From assembly GCA_944363855.1 (NCBI GenBank), contig CALVVM010000056.1, positions 1 to 53,478 on the forward strand: 53,478 bases of DNA, given 5' to 3'. This stretch comes from an uncultured Bacilli bacterium. Its GTDB lineage: Bacteria > Bacillota_I > Bacilli_A > RF39 > UBA660. Below the pieces are notes generated by a model, which saw nothing but the letters and a program-made list of their open reading frames with translations, was not told the DNA's origin and did no database searches. This document shows positions 29,252 through 37,636 of the stretch, piece after piece. A program made the translations under genes and the position numbers. Numbering within the stretch: position 1 is the stretch's first letter; every line of letters begins with the position of its first letter.

Positions 29252-29869
29252 ATGAAGAACTTTTTGATTAATAAATGTATGAGTTATATAAATAAAAATA
29301 CTGACTATGATAAAATTAAACTTGCTGAAATAAAATATGGATTAGAATCTATATATCTAACATTTAGTAAAATCATTGTTATTTCTATTTTAGCAACAAT
29401 ATTAGGTATATTTAAAGAAATGCTCATTTATATGTTGATTTATAACTTAATTAGAATGCCTTCATTTGGGCTTCATGCCACAAAAAGTTGGATATGTCTA
29501 TTATCTTCAACTATATTGTTTATTGGTATTCCCTACTTATGTATTATTCTAACTGTACCAACTATTATAAAAATTAGCATTGGCATAATTGGAACTTTAT
29601 TAATGATTAAAAATAGCCCCGCTGATACAAAAAAAAGACCTATAGTTAATAAAAAAAGAAGAAAAGTATATAAAATAATTTCAACTATTGTGGCAATCAT
29701 TTTTACAGTTTGCTCAATATTTATAAAAAACAAATTTATTTCTAATTGTTTTATATTTGGTTTGATTATGCAGAATTTTATGATTTCACCTACTATTTAT
29801 AAAATATTTAGATTGCCATACAACAATTACATAACATTCTTAAAAGAACATCCAGAATATTCAAATTAA
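29252..29869 (+). CDS. agrB: AgrB-family accessory gene regulator protein (AgrD-processing membrane peptidase)
   Basis: 205-aa polytopic protein; RMPSFGLHATKSWIC has His and Cys spaced as the catalytic H77/C84 of S. aureus AgrB. Confidence 0.88.
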   Translation: MKNFLINKCMSYINKNTDYDKIKLAEIKYGLESIYLTFSKIIVISILATILGIFKEMLIYMLIYNLIRMPSFGLHATKSWICLLSSTILFIGIPYLCIILTVPTIIKISIGIIGTLLMIKNSPADTKKRPIVNKKRRKVYKIISTIVAIIFTVCSIFIKNKFISNCFIFGLIMQNFMISPTIYKIFRLPYNNYITFLKEHPEYSN

Positions 29870-29920
29870 TTAGGTTTAAACTATTAAAGTTTAAATAAAA
29901 AAAGGAAGGAGGTATGTTTA

Positions 29921-30037
29921 ATGTTTTTTGCTAACTTATTAGCTATGCTTGGATTAGGAGCAGCTACTACTGGAAGCCAAGCTTGTCATTGGTTAATGAT
30001 TGACGAAGCTGAATGTCCAGAAAGCTTAATAAAATAA
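29921..30037 (+). CDS. agrD: AgrD-like autoinducing peptide precursor (38 aa; not in ORF track)
   Basis: AGGAGG 8 nt upstream of the ATG; MFFANLLAMLGLGAATTGSQACHWLMIDEAECPESLIK = hydrophobic leader + Cys-x4 core + acidic tail with Pro-Glu-x-Leu; directly downstream of agrB. Confidence 0.8.
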   Translation: MFFANLLAMLGLGAATTGSQACHWLMIDEAECPESLIK

Positions 30038-30057
30038 TGTTTTTTAAATTTTTTATG

Positions 30058-30075
30058 AAAAAATACTATCTAAAT
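30058..30075. terminator. Left half of a bidirectional terminator split by the IS
   Basis: AAAAAATACTATCT + AAAT; complementary to 31603-31616. Confidence 0.7.
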
Positions 30076-30119
30076 TGAAATGCCCCCTTTAGGGTAGACA
30101 ACATAAAAAAGACTATTTT
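30076..30119 (+). repeat. IS left terminal inverted repeat
   Basis: TGAAATGCCCCCTTTAGGGTAGACAACATAAAAAAGACTA aligns with the reverse complement of 31555-31598 (shared TGA, GGTAGACA, ATAAAAAAGACTA). Confidence 0.75.
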
Positions 30120-30163
30120 TAATAATTATGATAGAATACACTTCCGAAAGGAGGTGTTTTTCT

Positions 30164-30457
30164 ATGGCTTCAAAAGGACAAAAATTTCAAAAATATAATC
30201 AAAATATTAAAGATGAAGTTTTGAAACAATATTTGAATGGAGTATCAAGTTGGTATCTTGAAAGAATATATGGAATCCCATATAAGACAATTCAAACTTG
30301 GGGAAGAATGGCTAAACATCCTGAACTTTATCCGGGACAAGGATTAAAAAAAGGTAGACCCAAAGATTCAGAATTAACTAAAGAAGATTATAAAGAAAGA
30401 TATGAAATACTAAAAAAATACCAGGCCTTCCTCAAGGCACAACGAGAGAGAAAGTAA
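30164..30457 (+). CDS. IS3-family transposase OrfA (HTH)
   Basis: ATG of MASKGQKF is 9 nt after AGGAGG; HTH region and leucine-zipper-like C-terminus typical of IS3 OrfA. Confidence 0.85.
   Translation: MASKGQKFQKYNQNIKDEVLKQYLNGVSSWYLERIYGIPYKTIQTWGRMAKHPELYPGQGLKKGRPKDSELTKEDYKERYEILKKYQAFLKAQRERK
30412..30438 (+). promoter_or_regulatory. Programmed -1 ribosomal frameshift signal (A AAA AAA plus downstream hairpin)
   Basis: The heptamer at 30412-30418 is in the OrfA frame; the -1 frame is open from 30406 into orfB; GCCTT-CCTC-AAGGC hairpin at 30425-30438. Confidence 0.7.
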
Positions 30458-30498
30458 CTTTTATAAATCTATATAGAGATAATTACAAGTTATATAAT

Positions 30499-31290
30499 AT
30501 GTGTGCCGTATTAGAAATAAGTCCTAAAACTTATTATAAATATAGGAATAAGGAAGATCCTGATTATTATGATTATTTAGTGATTAAAGAAATATTTGAT
30601 GAATCTAAAGGCACATATGGTTATCGTAGAATTGTGGAAGGCCTAAAAATCAAATATGGGGTTGTGATGAATGGAAAGAAGGTTTTAAGAATAATGAAAA
30701 AATATAATTTAATGCCTGAATATATAAGAAAGGTAAAAAAGAAAAATAAAAATGAAAGAATTGAAGATAATGTTAAACCAAATTTATTAAATAGAAATTT
30801 TAATACTGATGCACCAAATAAAGTTTGGGATACAGATATAACTTATCTAATATTTAAAGGTTCAAGAGCTTATTTGTCAACAATAATTGATTTGTATGAT
30901 AGAAAAGTTGTTGCTTATAAAATATCAAAACGAAATGATAATAAACTTGTTATAGATACTTTAAATGAAGCAATATCAAAAAGAAAAGATGTATCTGGAT
31001 TAATCTTGCATAGTGATCAAGGATTCCAATATACATCTTATGAATACAAAGCTGTCTGTGAATCAAATGGAATTACTATTTCTATGTCTAGAAAAGGTAC
31101 ACCAATTGATGATTCTCCAATTGAAAGCTGGCACGCTCTTTTGAAGAAAGAAACTTTGTATAACAATAATATCACATCTTTAGAAGAATATCAAAAACTT
31201 GTTGAAGAATGGATAGAATTTTATAATACAACTAGAATTAAAGGCAATAAGATTAGTAAGAAGAAAGGATATAATAAAAATGATAAATAA
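30499..31290 (+). CDS. IS3-family transposase OrfB (DDE integrase core), expressed as an OrfAB fusion
   Basis: WDTDITYL, LHSDQGFQYTS and DDSPIESWHALLKKE provide the D, D, E triad; it lies in the -1 frame relative to orfA. Confidence 0.88.
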   Translation: MCAVLEISPKTYYKYRNKEDPDYYDYLVIKEIFDESKGTYGYRRIVEGLKIKYGVVMNGKKVLRIMKKYNLMPEYIRKVKKKNKNERIEDNVKPNLLNRNFNTDAPNKVWDTDITYLIFKGSRAYLSTIIDLYDRKVVAYKISKRNDNKLVIDTLNEAISKRKDVSGLILHSDQGFQYTSYEYKAVCESNGITISMSRKGTPIDDSPIESWHALLKKETLYNNNITSLEEYQKLVEEWIEFYNTTRIKGNKISKKKGYNKNDK

Positions 31291-31468
31291 GGATGAAATA
31301 TTATACAAATTAAATACTATAATTGAATATCTAAAAAATAATAACGGGTATAATTACAAATTATATAATCACTTATGTCCTGATATAGATATTCAACCTG
31401 ATTCAAATATTGTTGAATACGCAGAAGATGTTTTGTATTTAGTTAATTTATTAATAGATAACAAATAA
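31280..31468 (+). CDS. Hypothetical 62-aa ORF inside the IS, between orfB and the right inverted repeat
   Basis: The ATG overlaps the orfB stop; no recognisable motif; may be non-coding. Confidence 0.25.
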   Translation: MINKDEILYKLNTIIEYLKNNNGYNYKLYNHLCPDIDIQPDSNIVEYAEDVLYLVNLLIDNK

Positions 31469-31511
31469 AGATAAACTTTATTTAAATAAATATTATAATT
31501 ACATAATAAAA

Positions 31512-31554
31512 ATCAAGGGTCTAGATGAACTCACTTCGTTCGCCCTTGATTTTT
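31512..31554 (+). terminator. Possible internal terminator near the IS right end
   Basis: ATCAAGGG...CCCTTGAT 8-bp stem followed by TTTT, but with a 23-nt loop. Confidence 0.35.
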
Positions 31555-31598
31555 ACTTAGTCTTTTTTATTGATGTCTACCGATTGGGGTTCACATCA
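31555..31598 (-). repeat. IS right terminal inverted repeat
   Basis: Reverse complement TGATGTGAACCCCAATCGGTAGACATCAATAAAAAAGACTAAGT matches the left end. Confidence 0.75.
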
Positions 31599-31616
31599 AA
31601 ATAGATAGTATTTTTT
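31599..31616. terminator. Right half of the bidirectional terminator split by the IS
   Basis: AAAT + AGATAGTATTTTTT; complementary to 30058-30071. Confidence 0.7.
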
Positions 31617-31633
31617 GTAAGATAATTTTATAT

Positions 31634-32938
31634 TTATTTCATTTTAATCTTTAAAACTTGTGTAAATGTTTCTTTTGATAATCTTTTTTCATTCTTTAAT
31701 TTTTTATTACTATTTATTATTTCTTTTGTTAAACTTAAACCATATCCATGGCCACTAGTTTTTGTCGTATAACCTTTTTCTTCTAATTTTTCTAATTCAA
31801 TTTTACCCTCATAATAATTAGAAATTTCAAAAACTAAACAATTATTTTCTAAATACATATCAAAATTAACATATTTATCATTTATGTCTATAACTGCTTC
31901 TATTGCATTATCAATATAAACTCCTATTATCTGACAAATATCAAGCATATCAGAATCATTTAATTTATTGATTAAATCAACGGTTCTGACTTCTTTAGAA
32001 ATATTTAATTCATAATCAATATTCTTTTCTTTCATATCTAGAATTTTTGAATATACTAGTCCTCTAAGTCCACCAGTAGGAATAACAGAAACTTCTTGCA
32101 TTATTTTTTCGTCATCTTTTAATTTGTTTTTAACTAATTCGTCTATGTATTTTGCAGCCTTCTTATTTTTTTCTACAATCATATTTCTAATAGTCAAAAG
32201 TTGATTCTTATTTTCATGATTGGATACTCTATACTTATCTAAAATATCTTCATATTCCTTTAAGCTATTTAAAGTAGTATTATATTTATCATATATTTTT
32301 GTATATTCATTTTCTTTTTTTATTAAAACAAAAATTATAAAAAATATTAAATATAAAGATATATTGTTAATAATAACATAATATATTGGATTATAATTAT
32401 AATAAGTAACCGCTAAATATACATTAACTATAAAACAAATAGGTAAAAAACAATATAAAACAAATTTTAAACTTAATTTTTTTATCACATTTAAAATTAT
32501 ATTATAAGTCCTTTTTATAAATCTTAAATTAACTAATAACATTACAGAAATCCCAATAAATATATCTGCAAAAAATACTACCATTGTAGAATATCCTCCT
32601 GTTTTTAACCCAAACAACAACACAATTATTATCGAATAAAATAATTCACATAACACTCCTATTATTTGTGTATAAAATGAAGTTATTAAACCTGTTTTAA
32701 ATGGGACAGTAAAATTAAACCTAATTACATACGACATAACAAAAATTAGGAAAACCACTCTAATCATCGCACTCACGTTATTATAATTAATTATAGAAAC
32801 TATAGTTAATATAGCTAAAGATAAAATAAATTTATAATTAGTCAATTTTAGTTTTTTATTAAGCAATTTTGACCAAGCATAAAATCCACTCGTATTTAAA
32901 AACGCAACTCCTATAACACTTAATATATTTTCTAACAT
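31634..32938 (-). CDS. agrC: AgrC-like (HPK10 family) sensor histidine kinase
   Basis: Six to seven N-terminal TM helices; H-box SNHENKNQLLTIRNM; C-terminal ATPase with GHGYGLSL; overlaps the upstream LytTR regulator gene. Confidence 0.85.
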   Translation of the reverse strand: MLENILSVIGVAFLNTSGFYAWSKLLNKKLKLTNYKFILSLAILTIVSIINYNNVSAMIRVVFLIFVMSYVIRFNFTVPFKTGLITSFYTQIIGVLCELFYSIIIVLLFGLKTGGYSTMVVFFADIFIGISVMLLVNLRFIKRTYNIILNVIKKLSLKFVLYCFLPICFIVNVYLAVTYYNYNPIYYVIINNISLYLIFFIIFVLIKKENEYTKIYDKYNTTLNSLKEYEDILDKYRVSNHENKNQLLTIRNMIVEKNKKAAKYIDELVKNKLKDDEKIMQEVSVIPTGGLRGLVYSKILDMKEKNIDYELNISKEVRTVDLINKLNDSDMLDICQIIGVYIDNAIEAVIDINDKYVNFDMYLENNCLVFEISNYYEGKIELEKLEEKGYTTKTSGHGYGLSLTKEIINSNKKLKNEKRLSKETFTQVLKIKMK

Positions 32939-33636
32939 AATATACTCCCTTTATACTTATCTGATAATAAATCGATAGTATCATTATTATCAAATGTAAT
33001 AATTCTTTTAGACTTATCTATTTTAAATAGTCTTTCTTCATTTACAAAACATGCTCTATGTGTTTGTTTAAATCTATAATTTAACATACCTATTATTTCA
33101 TTCATTGTTTTTCTTACTTTTATTTCTGCATAATCAGTTTTTATTATTGTCTTTCTCTCAAAACTATCTTTAGTTATGTATAAAATATCCTTTACATTAA
33201 TTGTATATATTACATTACCATCAAATATTTTAATTGCATTCTTCTTATTTAAAATATCTAAAGATTTAACTAATGATTTATATAATCTATTTTCATAGTC
33301 ATCAAATTTATTTATAAATGATAAAAATAGTAAGTCATTTTTTAATATTGTATGGCCCAATTCTTCATGAACAGTTAAAAAAATAATAACACTATCAACA
33401 TCTTTTTCTCTAATTGCTCTCGCCACATCAATTCCAGATTTTGTAGGTGTTTCAATATCTAGTAAATATATTTTAGATGGCATTTTTCTATCTATTATAT
33501 TATAAAAATCTTTATTATAATCTTCGAAAATATGTGTCTCATATTCTTTTTTGTTCTTCTTCATAAAATTATTAACTATTTTTTTAGCGTTTTCTCTATC
33601 TTTAGCATTATCATCACAGATTATAACATTAATCAT
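32932..33636 (-). CDS. agrA: LytTR-family response regulator (AgrA-like)
   Basis: Receiver domain (ICDDN, YLLDIETP, K near FLT) plus a C-terminal LytTR DNA-binding domain; 234 aa. Confidence 0.88.
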   Translation of the reverse strand: MINVIICDDNAKDRENAKKIVNNFMKKNKKEYETHIFEDYNKDFYNIIDRKMPSKIYLLDIETPTKSGIDVARAIREKDVDSVIIFLTVHEELGHTILKNDLLFLSFINKFDDYENRLYKSLVKSLDILNKKNAIKIFDGNVIYTINVKDILYITKDSFERKTIIKTDYAEIKVRKTMNEIIGMLNYRFKQTHRACFVNEERLFKIDKSKRIITFDNNDTIDLLSDKYKGSILC

Positions 33637-33746
33637 AATAACGAACTCCTTTCAAATAAACACAAAACTTCTATTTTACAAATAAATAATATCATAAAAA
33701 CCTTTGATTTACAATGATTTGAACAACCAGTGGACTACTAGTGAAT

Positions 33747-33775
33747 AAAAAAAGAAGATACTATTTAGCATCTTC
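33747..33775 (-). terminator. Possible terminator after rplQ
   Basis: GAAGAT-10 nt-ATCTTC hairpin overlapping the rplQ stop, followed on the minus strand by T7; the stem is short. Confidence 0.45.
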
Positions 33776-34117
33776 CTCTACTAATTCTAAAATAACCATT
33801 AAAGCATCATCTCCACGACGTTCAGTTAATTTTAAAATTCTTGTATATCCACCGTTACGGTTAGCATAACGAGGAGCTAATTCATCAAAAACTTTTTTAA
33901 CTGCTACTGTATCATTTTGTAGGAAAGCTAATGCTTTTCTTCTTGCTACTAAAGAACCATCTTTACCATAAGAAATCATTTTATCAACGAATTTACGAAC
34001 TTCTTTAGCTCTTGTTTCAGTTGTTTCAATTTTTTCATTCATGATAACATTCTTAGTTAAATTAGCAAGCATACTTCTTCTATGTTTATTTGTACGTCCT
34101 AATTTTCTATAAGCCAT
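33761..34117 (-). CDS. rplQ: 50S ribosomal protein L17
   Basis: [20 protein letters not shown]...GGYTRILK. Confidence 0.97.
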   Translation of the reverse strand: MAYRKLGRTNKHRRSMLANLTKNVIMNEKIETTETRAKEVRKFVDKMISYGKDGSLVARRKALAFLQNDTVAVKKVFDELAPRYANRNGGYTRILKLTERRGDDALMVILELVEEDAK

Positions 34118-34134
34118 AATATTCCTCCTAACTA

Positions 34135-35085
34135 TTAATCGTCTTCGCGGAATCTAAGTCCCATATCTTTAACCTTTTCGATTACTTCTTTTAAAGACTT
34201 TTTACCTAAGTTACGAATTTTCATCATTTCAACTTCTGATTTATCAGTTAAATCTCCTAGAGTATTAACACCTGCTCTTTTTAAACAGTTGTAAGCTCTA
34301 ACTGAGAAATCTAAATCATCTATTGATGTTTCTAATTTTTTAGTTTTATTATCTTCTTGTTTTGCATTCATTATTCCTGTAGCGTCAGCTATTTCACTTA
34401 AGTTAGTAACAATATTTAAGTGTTCAATCATTATTTTAGCAGCTAAAGCCATAGCTTCTTCTGGTTTAATTGAACCGTTTGTAAATACTTCCATAATTAA
34501 CTTATCATAACTAGCATCTTGTCCAACACGAGCATTATCTATTTCATAACTAATTCTTTCGATTGGTGAATATAATGCATCAATTGGAATAAATCCTATT
34601 TTTTGATTTTCAATATATTTTTTGTTTTCATTTGATGGAACGTATCCACGACCATTAGCAACTATTAACTCCATATTAAGTTTTCCACCTTTAGCTATTG
34701 TAGCTATTACTTGATCTTTGTTAATAATTTCAACATCTGCATTTTCTTCTATATCAGCTGCAGTAACAACACCTTCTTTATCAGCATATAATTTTAAAAT
34801 TACTTCTTCTTTAGTATTGTTTTTTACAACGATATTTTTAAGATTTAATACGATTGTTGTAACATCTTCTACGATTCCTTCCATAGTTTGGAATTCATGC
34901 ATAACTCCATCGATTTTTACAGCAACTATAGCACTTCCTGGCATACTAGATAACATAATCCTTCTAAGTGCATTACCAAGAGTAGTACCGAAACCTCTTT
35001 CAAGTGGTTCTAATTCAAATTTACCGTAATTTTTATTTTCTAAATATTCAGTTATTTTATATATTGGTTTTTCAAAATTTAACAT
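34135..35085 (-). CDS. rpoA: DNA-directed RNA polymerase alpha subunit
   Basis: The ATG of MLNFEKP is preceded by GAAGGAGGG; [10 protein letters not shown] and C-terminal domain [12 protein letters not shown] motifs. Confidence 0.97.
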   Translation of the reverse strand: MLNFEKPIYKITEYLENKNYGKFELEPLERGFGTTLGNALRRIMLSSMPGSAIVAVKIDGVMHEFQTMEGIVEDVTTIVLNLKNIVVKNNTKEEVILKLYADKEGVVTAADIEENADVEIINKDQVIATIAKGGKLNMELIVANGRGYVPSNENKKYIENQKIGFIPIDALYSPIERISYEIDNARVGQDASYDKLIMEVFTNGSIKPEEAMALAAKIMIEHLNIVTNLSEIADATGIMNAKQEDNKTKKLETSIDDLDFSVRAYNCLKRAGVNTLGDLTDKSEVEMMKIRNLGKKSLKEVIEKVKDMGLRFREDD

Positions 35086-35102
35086 ATTCCATTCCCTCCT
35101 TC

Positions 35103-35486
35103 TTATCCACGTGGACGTTTTGGTGGACGACATCCATTGTGTGGTATAGGTGTAACATCAGATATAGATGTAATTTCTAAACCTGCTGTTTGTAATGAAC
35201 GGATTGCTGTTTCTTTACCTGATCCTAAACCTTTAACAAAAACTTCAACTTTTCTCATTCCCATATCGTAAGCTGCTTTACCTGCTGCTTCAGCACTCAT
35301 TCCAGCTGCGAATGGAGTTGATTTTTTACTTCCTTTGAAACCTAAAGTTCCTGCAGAAGCCCAACTTATTGCATTACCATCATTATCACAAAGTGTTACG
35401 ATAGTATTATTAAATGTTGAATGTATATAAGCTTTACCTTCTGGTACATTTTTCTTAACTTTTCTTTTTCTTGATTTATAAGCCAT
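35103..35486 (-). CDS. rpsK: 30S ribosomal protein S11
   Basis: [17 protein letters not shown]...[17 protein letters not shown]. Confidence 0.97.
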   Translation of the reverse strand: MAYKSRKRKVKKNVPEGKAYIHSTFNNTIVTLCDNDGNAISWASAGTLGFKGSKKSTPFAAGMSAEAAGKAAYDMGMRKVEVFVKGLGSGKETAIRSLQTAGLEITSISDVTPIPHNGCRPPKRPRG

Positions 35487-35509
35487 AATCTATCCTCCTT
35501 TAATCACAA

Positions 35510-35875
35510 CTATTTTTTCTTATTAGCAACTACTTTACCTTTACCTTTACGAGTACGAGCATTTCTATTTGTTCTTTGTCCTCTTACAGGTAAACCTTTT
35601 TTGTGACGAGTTCCTTCATATGAATTAATTTCCATTTTAGTTTTAATATTCATATTAACTTCACGACGAAGATCTCCTTCAGTCATATATTTATTAACTT
35701 CATCACGAATAGCATTTAATTCATCATTAGTTAAGTCCCCAGCTTTTGTATTTGGGTTAACTTTTGCGTCAGTCAAAATTTTATTTGAAAGACTTCTTCC
35801 AATTCCATATACATAAGTAAGTGAAATTTCAATTCTTTTATTATTTGGTATATCTACACCTTTAATACGTGCCAT
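35510..35875 (-). CDS. rpsM: 30S ribosomal protein S13
   Basis: [24 protein letters not shown]. Confidence 0.97.
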   Translation of the reverse strand: MARIKGVDIPNNKRIEISLTYVYGIGRSLSNKILTDAKVNPNTKAGDLTNDELNAIRDEVNKYMTEGDLRREVNMNIKTKMEINSYEGTRHKKGLPVRGQRTNRNARTRKGKGKVVANKKK

Positions 35876-35889
35876 TAAAACACCTCCTA

Positions 35890-36230
<341 letters not shown>

Positions 36231-36234
36231 TATT

Positions 36235-36981
36235 TCACCTCTTCGTTAATATTTCATACCCATCTTTGGTAATTAACACTGTATGTTCAAAGTGAGCTGA
36301 AGGCTCTTGGTCAGCAGTAACTACTGTCCAATCATCATCTAATAAATATACATCTGCAGTTCCTAAGTTTATCATAGGTTCTACTGCAATAACCATTCCT
36401 TCTTTTAAGATAGGTCCAGTATTCTTTTTACCGTAGTTTGGAACATCTGGAGCTTCGTGTAGGTTATTTCCTATACCGTGTCCAACTAGTTCTTTAACTA
36501 CTCCTAAATTATGAGATTCAGCATAAGTTTGTACTGCCTCACCTATATCACCAATTCTAGCTCCTGCCTTAACTTGTTTTAATCCTTCATATAAAGCTTG
36601 TTCTGTATGTTCTAGTAAATATTTTTTTTCTTCAGATATATTTCCAATTGGATATGTCCAAGCACTATCACCGTGATATCCTTTATAGCAAGCACATATA
36701 TCTAAAGTAACTATATCACCATCACATAATTTTCTTGATCCTGCAATACCGTGCACAACTTCATCATTTATAGAAATGCATATATTTCCAGGATAGCCAT
36801 CATAATTATAACAAGATGGAGTAGCTCCTCTTTCTGTGATATAATCGCGAGCTAGTGAATCAATTTCTTTTGTTGTAATTCCAGGTTTTAAAAATGGAAT
36901 TATGTATTTATGGGTATCCCCAACTATTTCACCAGCTACACGCATTAATTCAATCTCTCTTGGAGTTTTAATATTTATCAT
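36235..36981 (-). CDS. map: Type I methionine aminopeptidase
   Basis: Metal ligands in DIVTLD, GYHGD, VGHGIG, EPM; 248 aa. Confidence 0.95.
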   Translation of the reverse strand: MINIKTPREIELMRVAGEIVGDTHKYIIPFLKPGITTKEIDSLARDYITERGATPSCYNYDGYPGNICISINDEVVHGIAGSRKLCDGDIVTLDICACYKGYHGDSAWTYPIGNISEEKKYLLEHTEQALYEGLKQVKAGARIGDIGEAVQTYAESHNLGVVKELVGHGIGNNLHEAPDVPNYGKKNTGPILKEGMVIAVEPMINLGTADVYLLDDDWTVVTADQEPSAHFEHTVLITKDGYEILTKR

Positions 36982-36982
36982 A

Positions 36983-37636
36983 TTATTCTCCTAATATTTT
37001 TACAACTTGTTTATGAGTTTCTTCTCTTCCATTATTTCCATCTACATGATAAACAACACCTTGTTTTTCATAGAAATCAATCAATGGAGAAGTTTTTTCC
37101 ATATATGTATTATATCTATCCATATATGTTTCTTCATTATCATCTGCTCTTTTAACAAGTTTAGCTCCACACTTATCGCAAATACCTTCTTCTTTAGGTT
37201 TCATTTCTTCATTACTAGTATTATAAACTTCTTTGCATTCTGGGCAAGAAATTCTACCAGCAATTCTTGATGCAGCTAATTTTTTATCTATATCTAAAAC
37301 TATAACTACACCTAAATCTTTACCTAATTCTTCAAGCATATCTTGATAAGCTTCAGCTTGTGCTACATTACGTGGAAAACCATCTAAAATGTAACCATTG
37401 TTGCAATCTTCTTGCATAATTCTTTGTTTTAAGATTTCGATAATCAATTCATCACTAACAAATATTCCATTGTTAATTTTATGATTGATATCTCTTCCTA
37501 AATCAGAATCTTCTTGCGCCTTTTCTCTAAGCATATCGCCTGTTGAGATATGTGGCATATTATATTGTTCTTTTAAATAAGCAGCTTCAGTACCTTTTCC
37601 AGCAGCTGGAGCAGCTATCAGAATAACACTTTTCAT
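36983..37636 (-). CDS. adk: Adenylate kinase (zinc-lid type)
   Basis: P-loop region APAAGKGT; LID with CPECK...CDKCG. Confidence 0.95.
   Translation of the reverse strand: MKSVILIAAPAAGKGTEAAYLKEQYNMPHISTGDMLREKAQEDSDLGRDINHKINNGIFVSDELIIEILKQRIMQEDCNNGYILDGFPRNVAQAEAYQDMLEELGKDLGVVIVLDIDKKLAASRIAGRISCPECKEVYNTSNEEMKPKEEGICDKCGAKLVKRADDNEETYMDRYNTYMEKTSPLIDFYEKQGVVYHVDGNNGREETHKQVVKILGE

Larger units (their letters stand above)
30076..31598 (+). mobile_element. IS3-family insertion sequence (about 1.5 kb)
   Basis: TG...CA ends; imperfect terminal inverted repeats of about 44 bp; orfA/orfB with an A AAA AAA -1 frameshift site; DDE integrase core; flanking AAAT duplication. Confidence 0.9.

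Noticed and set aside
29914-29934. Alternative ATG at 29914 for the agrD region
   Set aside because: That frame stops after six codons (MFNVFC). The ATG at 29921 gives the AgrD-like product and has better RBS spacing.
30343-30352. A-run TTAAAAAAAGG inside orfA as a possible frameshift site
   Set aside because: A -1 shift here reads AGG TAG and terminates immediately. The A AAA AAA site at 30412-30418 is the functional candidate.
34718-35029. Antisense or alternative-frame ORFs inside ribosomal protein and neighbouring genes. Others lie at 37007-37270, 37758-37949, 39100-39309, 39439-39848, 40679-40885, 42280-42925, 46409-46645, 47693-47926 and 49527-49709
   Set aside because: They overlap highly conserved genes whose own frames are unambiguous, and they have no independent signals.
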